A stretch of DNA of 64,000 nt from Octopus bimaculoides. Its lineage: Eukaryota. The notes beneath the pieces were generated by a model that saw nothing but the letters and a program-made list of their open reading frames with translations, had not been told where the DNA came from and did not search any database. The translations under genes and the position numbers were made by a program. Below, one piece after another: positions 62,161 through 64,000 of this stretch (position 1 is its first letter; each line of letters opens with the position of its first letter). The stretch lies in assembly GCF_001194135.2 (NCBI RefSeq), contig NC_068984.1:67686103-67750102 (forward strand). The letters run 5' to 3'.

Positions 62161-63942
62161 ATCAAATAAGGGTTGTTTCAGGATGTTGAACGAAACACCC
62201 ATATTTCCAGAGGCGAATTATCCAAACCCGAAAGAAAACCTTTCAATACATGGCTATGATGCTCCCCCCCCCACCAATATTTATGCTTGTGATCGGATGT
62301 GCACATATCGTCAGCCACTAAGGGACATACCCAACTGGTTATGGTCAAACAACTGACAAAGAACTCTGTGGTATTGGACAGTATTGCTTGTCACCTTGAG
62401 AATCGCCAAACGCTCACGATCCACTACCATCTGGGCAATGTGAATATTGGAAATGCAGAGGAATTTACTGAAGGAAGACAACAAACAAACAACAGTGCCT
62501 ATGTAGTTTATGTAGTGTCCTACGTTACCATGCGAACAGTCAACGAATGCGCAGCGGTGTTTGAACACCGATAAAGCTCTGTGGAAGCAAGTATTGTGGA
62601 GAAACTGTGTCCCTGAAAAATCTGTCTCGTTTCCAGCAGATCTTGTTTCTACTTCAAGAAAGGAGAGGGCTAGTGTAGTCATCGGCCGGAGTTCATCTAC
62701 CGAGCGCGAAGATAAAACACTACTCATAATTAGATAAGGCTTATTGAAATTTTACTCTGCACGATGCAGAATAAATTCTTCAGGCAACAAAGACGTGTCC
62801 CTCAGTTATATAGTTCTGTTACAACTATAAAAGGCCTTTACTTCACGCTCTTTACGTTATGATTACATTCTGAATACAAATCCTTTTGTGTTTAACTTTG
62901 TCTTTCACTCTTGCCAGAGTCTATAAAATATGGTATCACTCAAGTAGGAGGTCGATTGAAATAACTATCTTCTGCCCCAACCAAATTTCTGACTTGTAGC
63001 CTCTGTTAGAAATTACTGTTCTTGTTATATTTTGATCATTTAAATTCCTTGTGTATTATGATCAAATGTCATAGGGTAACAAACAATTCATCACTAGGAT
63101 TTTACAGACACCATCAGCAGCAGCAGCAGATATATCGCTATTAATATTGACGTCATTGTCATCAGCAATAGCACTATGATGATTAGTATTGTTGTTAATG
63201 ATATGATTGCTATAATTATCGTGACATCAAAGGTCAAATATATACGCCATCTGTCGCATGACTCATAGATAGTAGAGCTACAGACGTTGTTACTCTCTAT
63301 GTCAGATATTCAGTGAACCAGTGATTAATCTATTGGAAACCTGTAACCAATGACACCTTTTCTCATTAATTGCCATAGCGAACTAGGAAAAACAATAAAT
63401 TAAATATAAAACTAAATTAAATCCATTCTTTAGACGGTATGCAAATTTTCGTGAATTTACTTGTCATACTTACTGCAATTAACATTTAAAAAGCGATCTT
63501 AAATAGTTAAGCAGTTGTTTAATTATTGTGATACATAACTCCGCATATCATTCGGTTTTATCAAATGTCCCCAGTAAGAAAATATCTTATCGTATGTGAT
63601 ATAATGATGAGAGAGTCATTAGGTAACTAGCAGATATTGAACGCAGGTATGTTTGAATATTGCCATACATTACAGAATAACATACAAAGTGAAATATCAT
63701 AGATATTGATTTCAGAGAGGATGAAATGCTGAATGATTTTTTTCTCGCACGTTTATACTCTAAAATATTCCTTTCTTACACATAGATCTGTGGTCCTTTA
63801 ATTTCTATATCAGCTAAAGCGAAGTCTGTTCTTTTCTAAGTGAGTCGACAGTGACCGAGTTTTATTCGGTATCGTCGCCGTATTTGCCGGGATAATTCAG
63901 ATACTCTGAATCAATGAGTTATAAGGTCTTTTACTTACTGTC

Positions 63943-64000
63943 ATCTATCTATCTATCTATATATCTATCTACCTATCTATCTTTCTTTCTTTCTTTCTTT
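63943..64000. repeat. (TCTA)n/(TTTC)n tetranucleotide repeats at window end
   Basis: Seen directly. Confidence 0.95.

Noticed and set aside
62311-62727. 138-aa minus-strand ORF and a BED-finger-like string on the + strand
   Set aside because: The ORF runs into a dispersed repeat and has no recognisable motif. The + strand Cys pattern is interrupted by stops and too vague to call.

Overview
AT-rich, microsatellite-dense eukaryotic genomic DNA with 7 N-gaps, mostly next to (TA)n/(CA)n runs, as expected in a short-read draft assembly. The SINE families and overall repeat landscape look like an octopus (coleoid cephalopod) genome; this is inferred from remembered repeat motifs, not from a search. 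I recognise no intact host protein-coding gene, rRNA, true tRNA or CRISPR array. Nearly all ORFs in the supplied track are artefacts of microsatellites or Ns, or are transposon pseudogenes. The window reads as intronic or intergenic DNA filled with decayed mobile elements. DNA transposons: four Tc1/mariner-superfamily relics (Tc3-like, a TIR-bounded mariner, a DD37D/maT-like copy and a 217-bp mini-mariner) and several foldback/MITE elements. Retroelements: a 5'-truncated L1/Tx1-type LINE, two tandem R4/Dong-like LINE 3' ends and more than 15 tRNA-type SINE copies. The most notable observations are: (i) a set of degenerate hammerhead-ribozyme-like motifs in Penelope-LTR-like repeats; (ii) an exact 29-nt piece of the mariner copied into a foldback element about 1.9 kb away; (iii) serial micro-duplications in an RLE LINE; (iv) a 234-bp near-identical direct repeat; (v) weak hints of a + strand spliced transcript (promoter-like patches and strongly bounded microexons). 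I found no convincing new biological system; all candidates need the stated checks.
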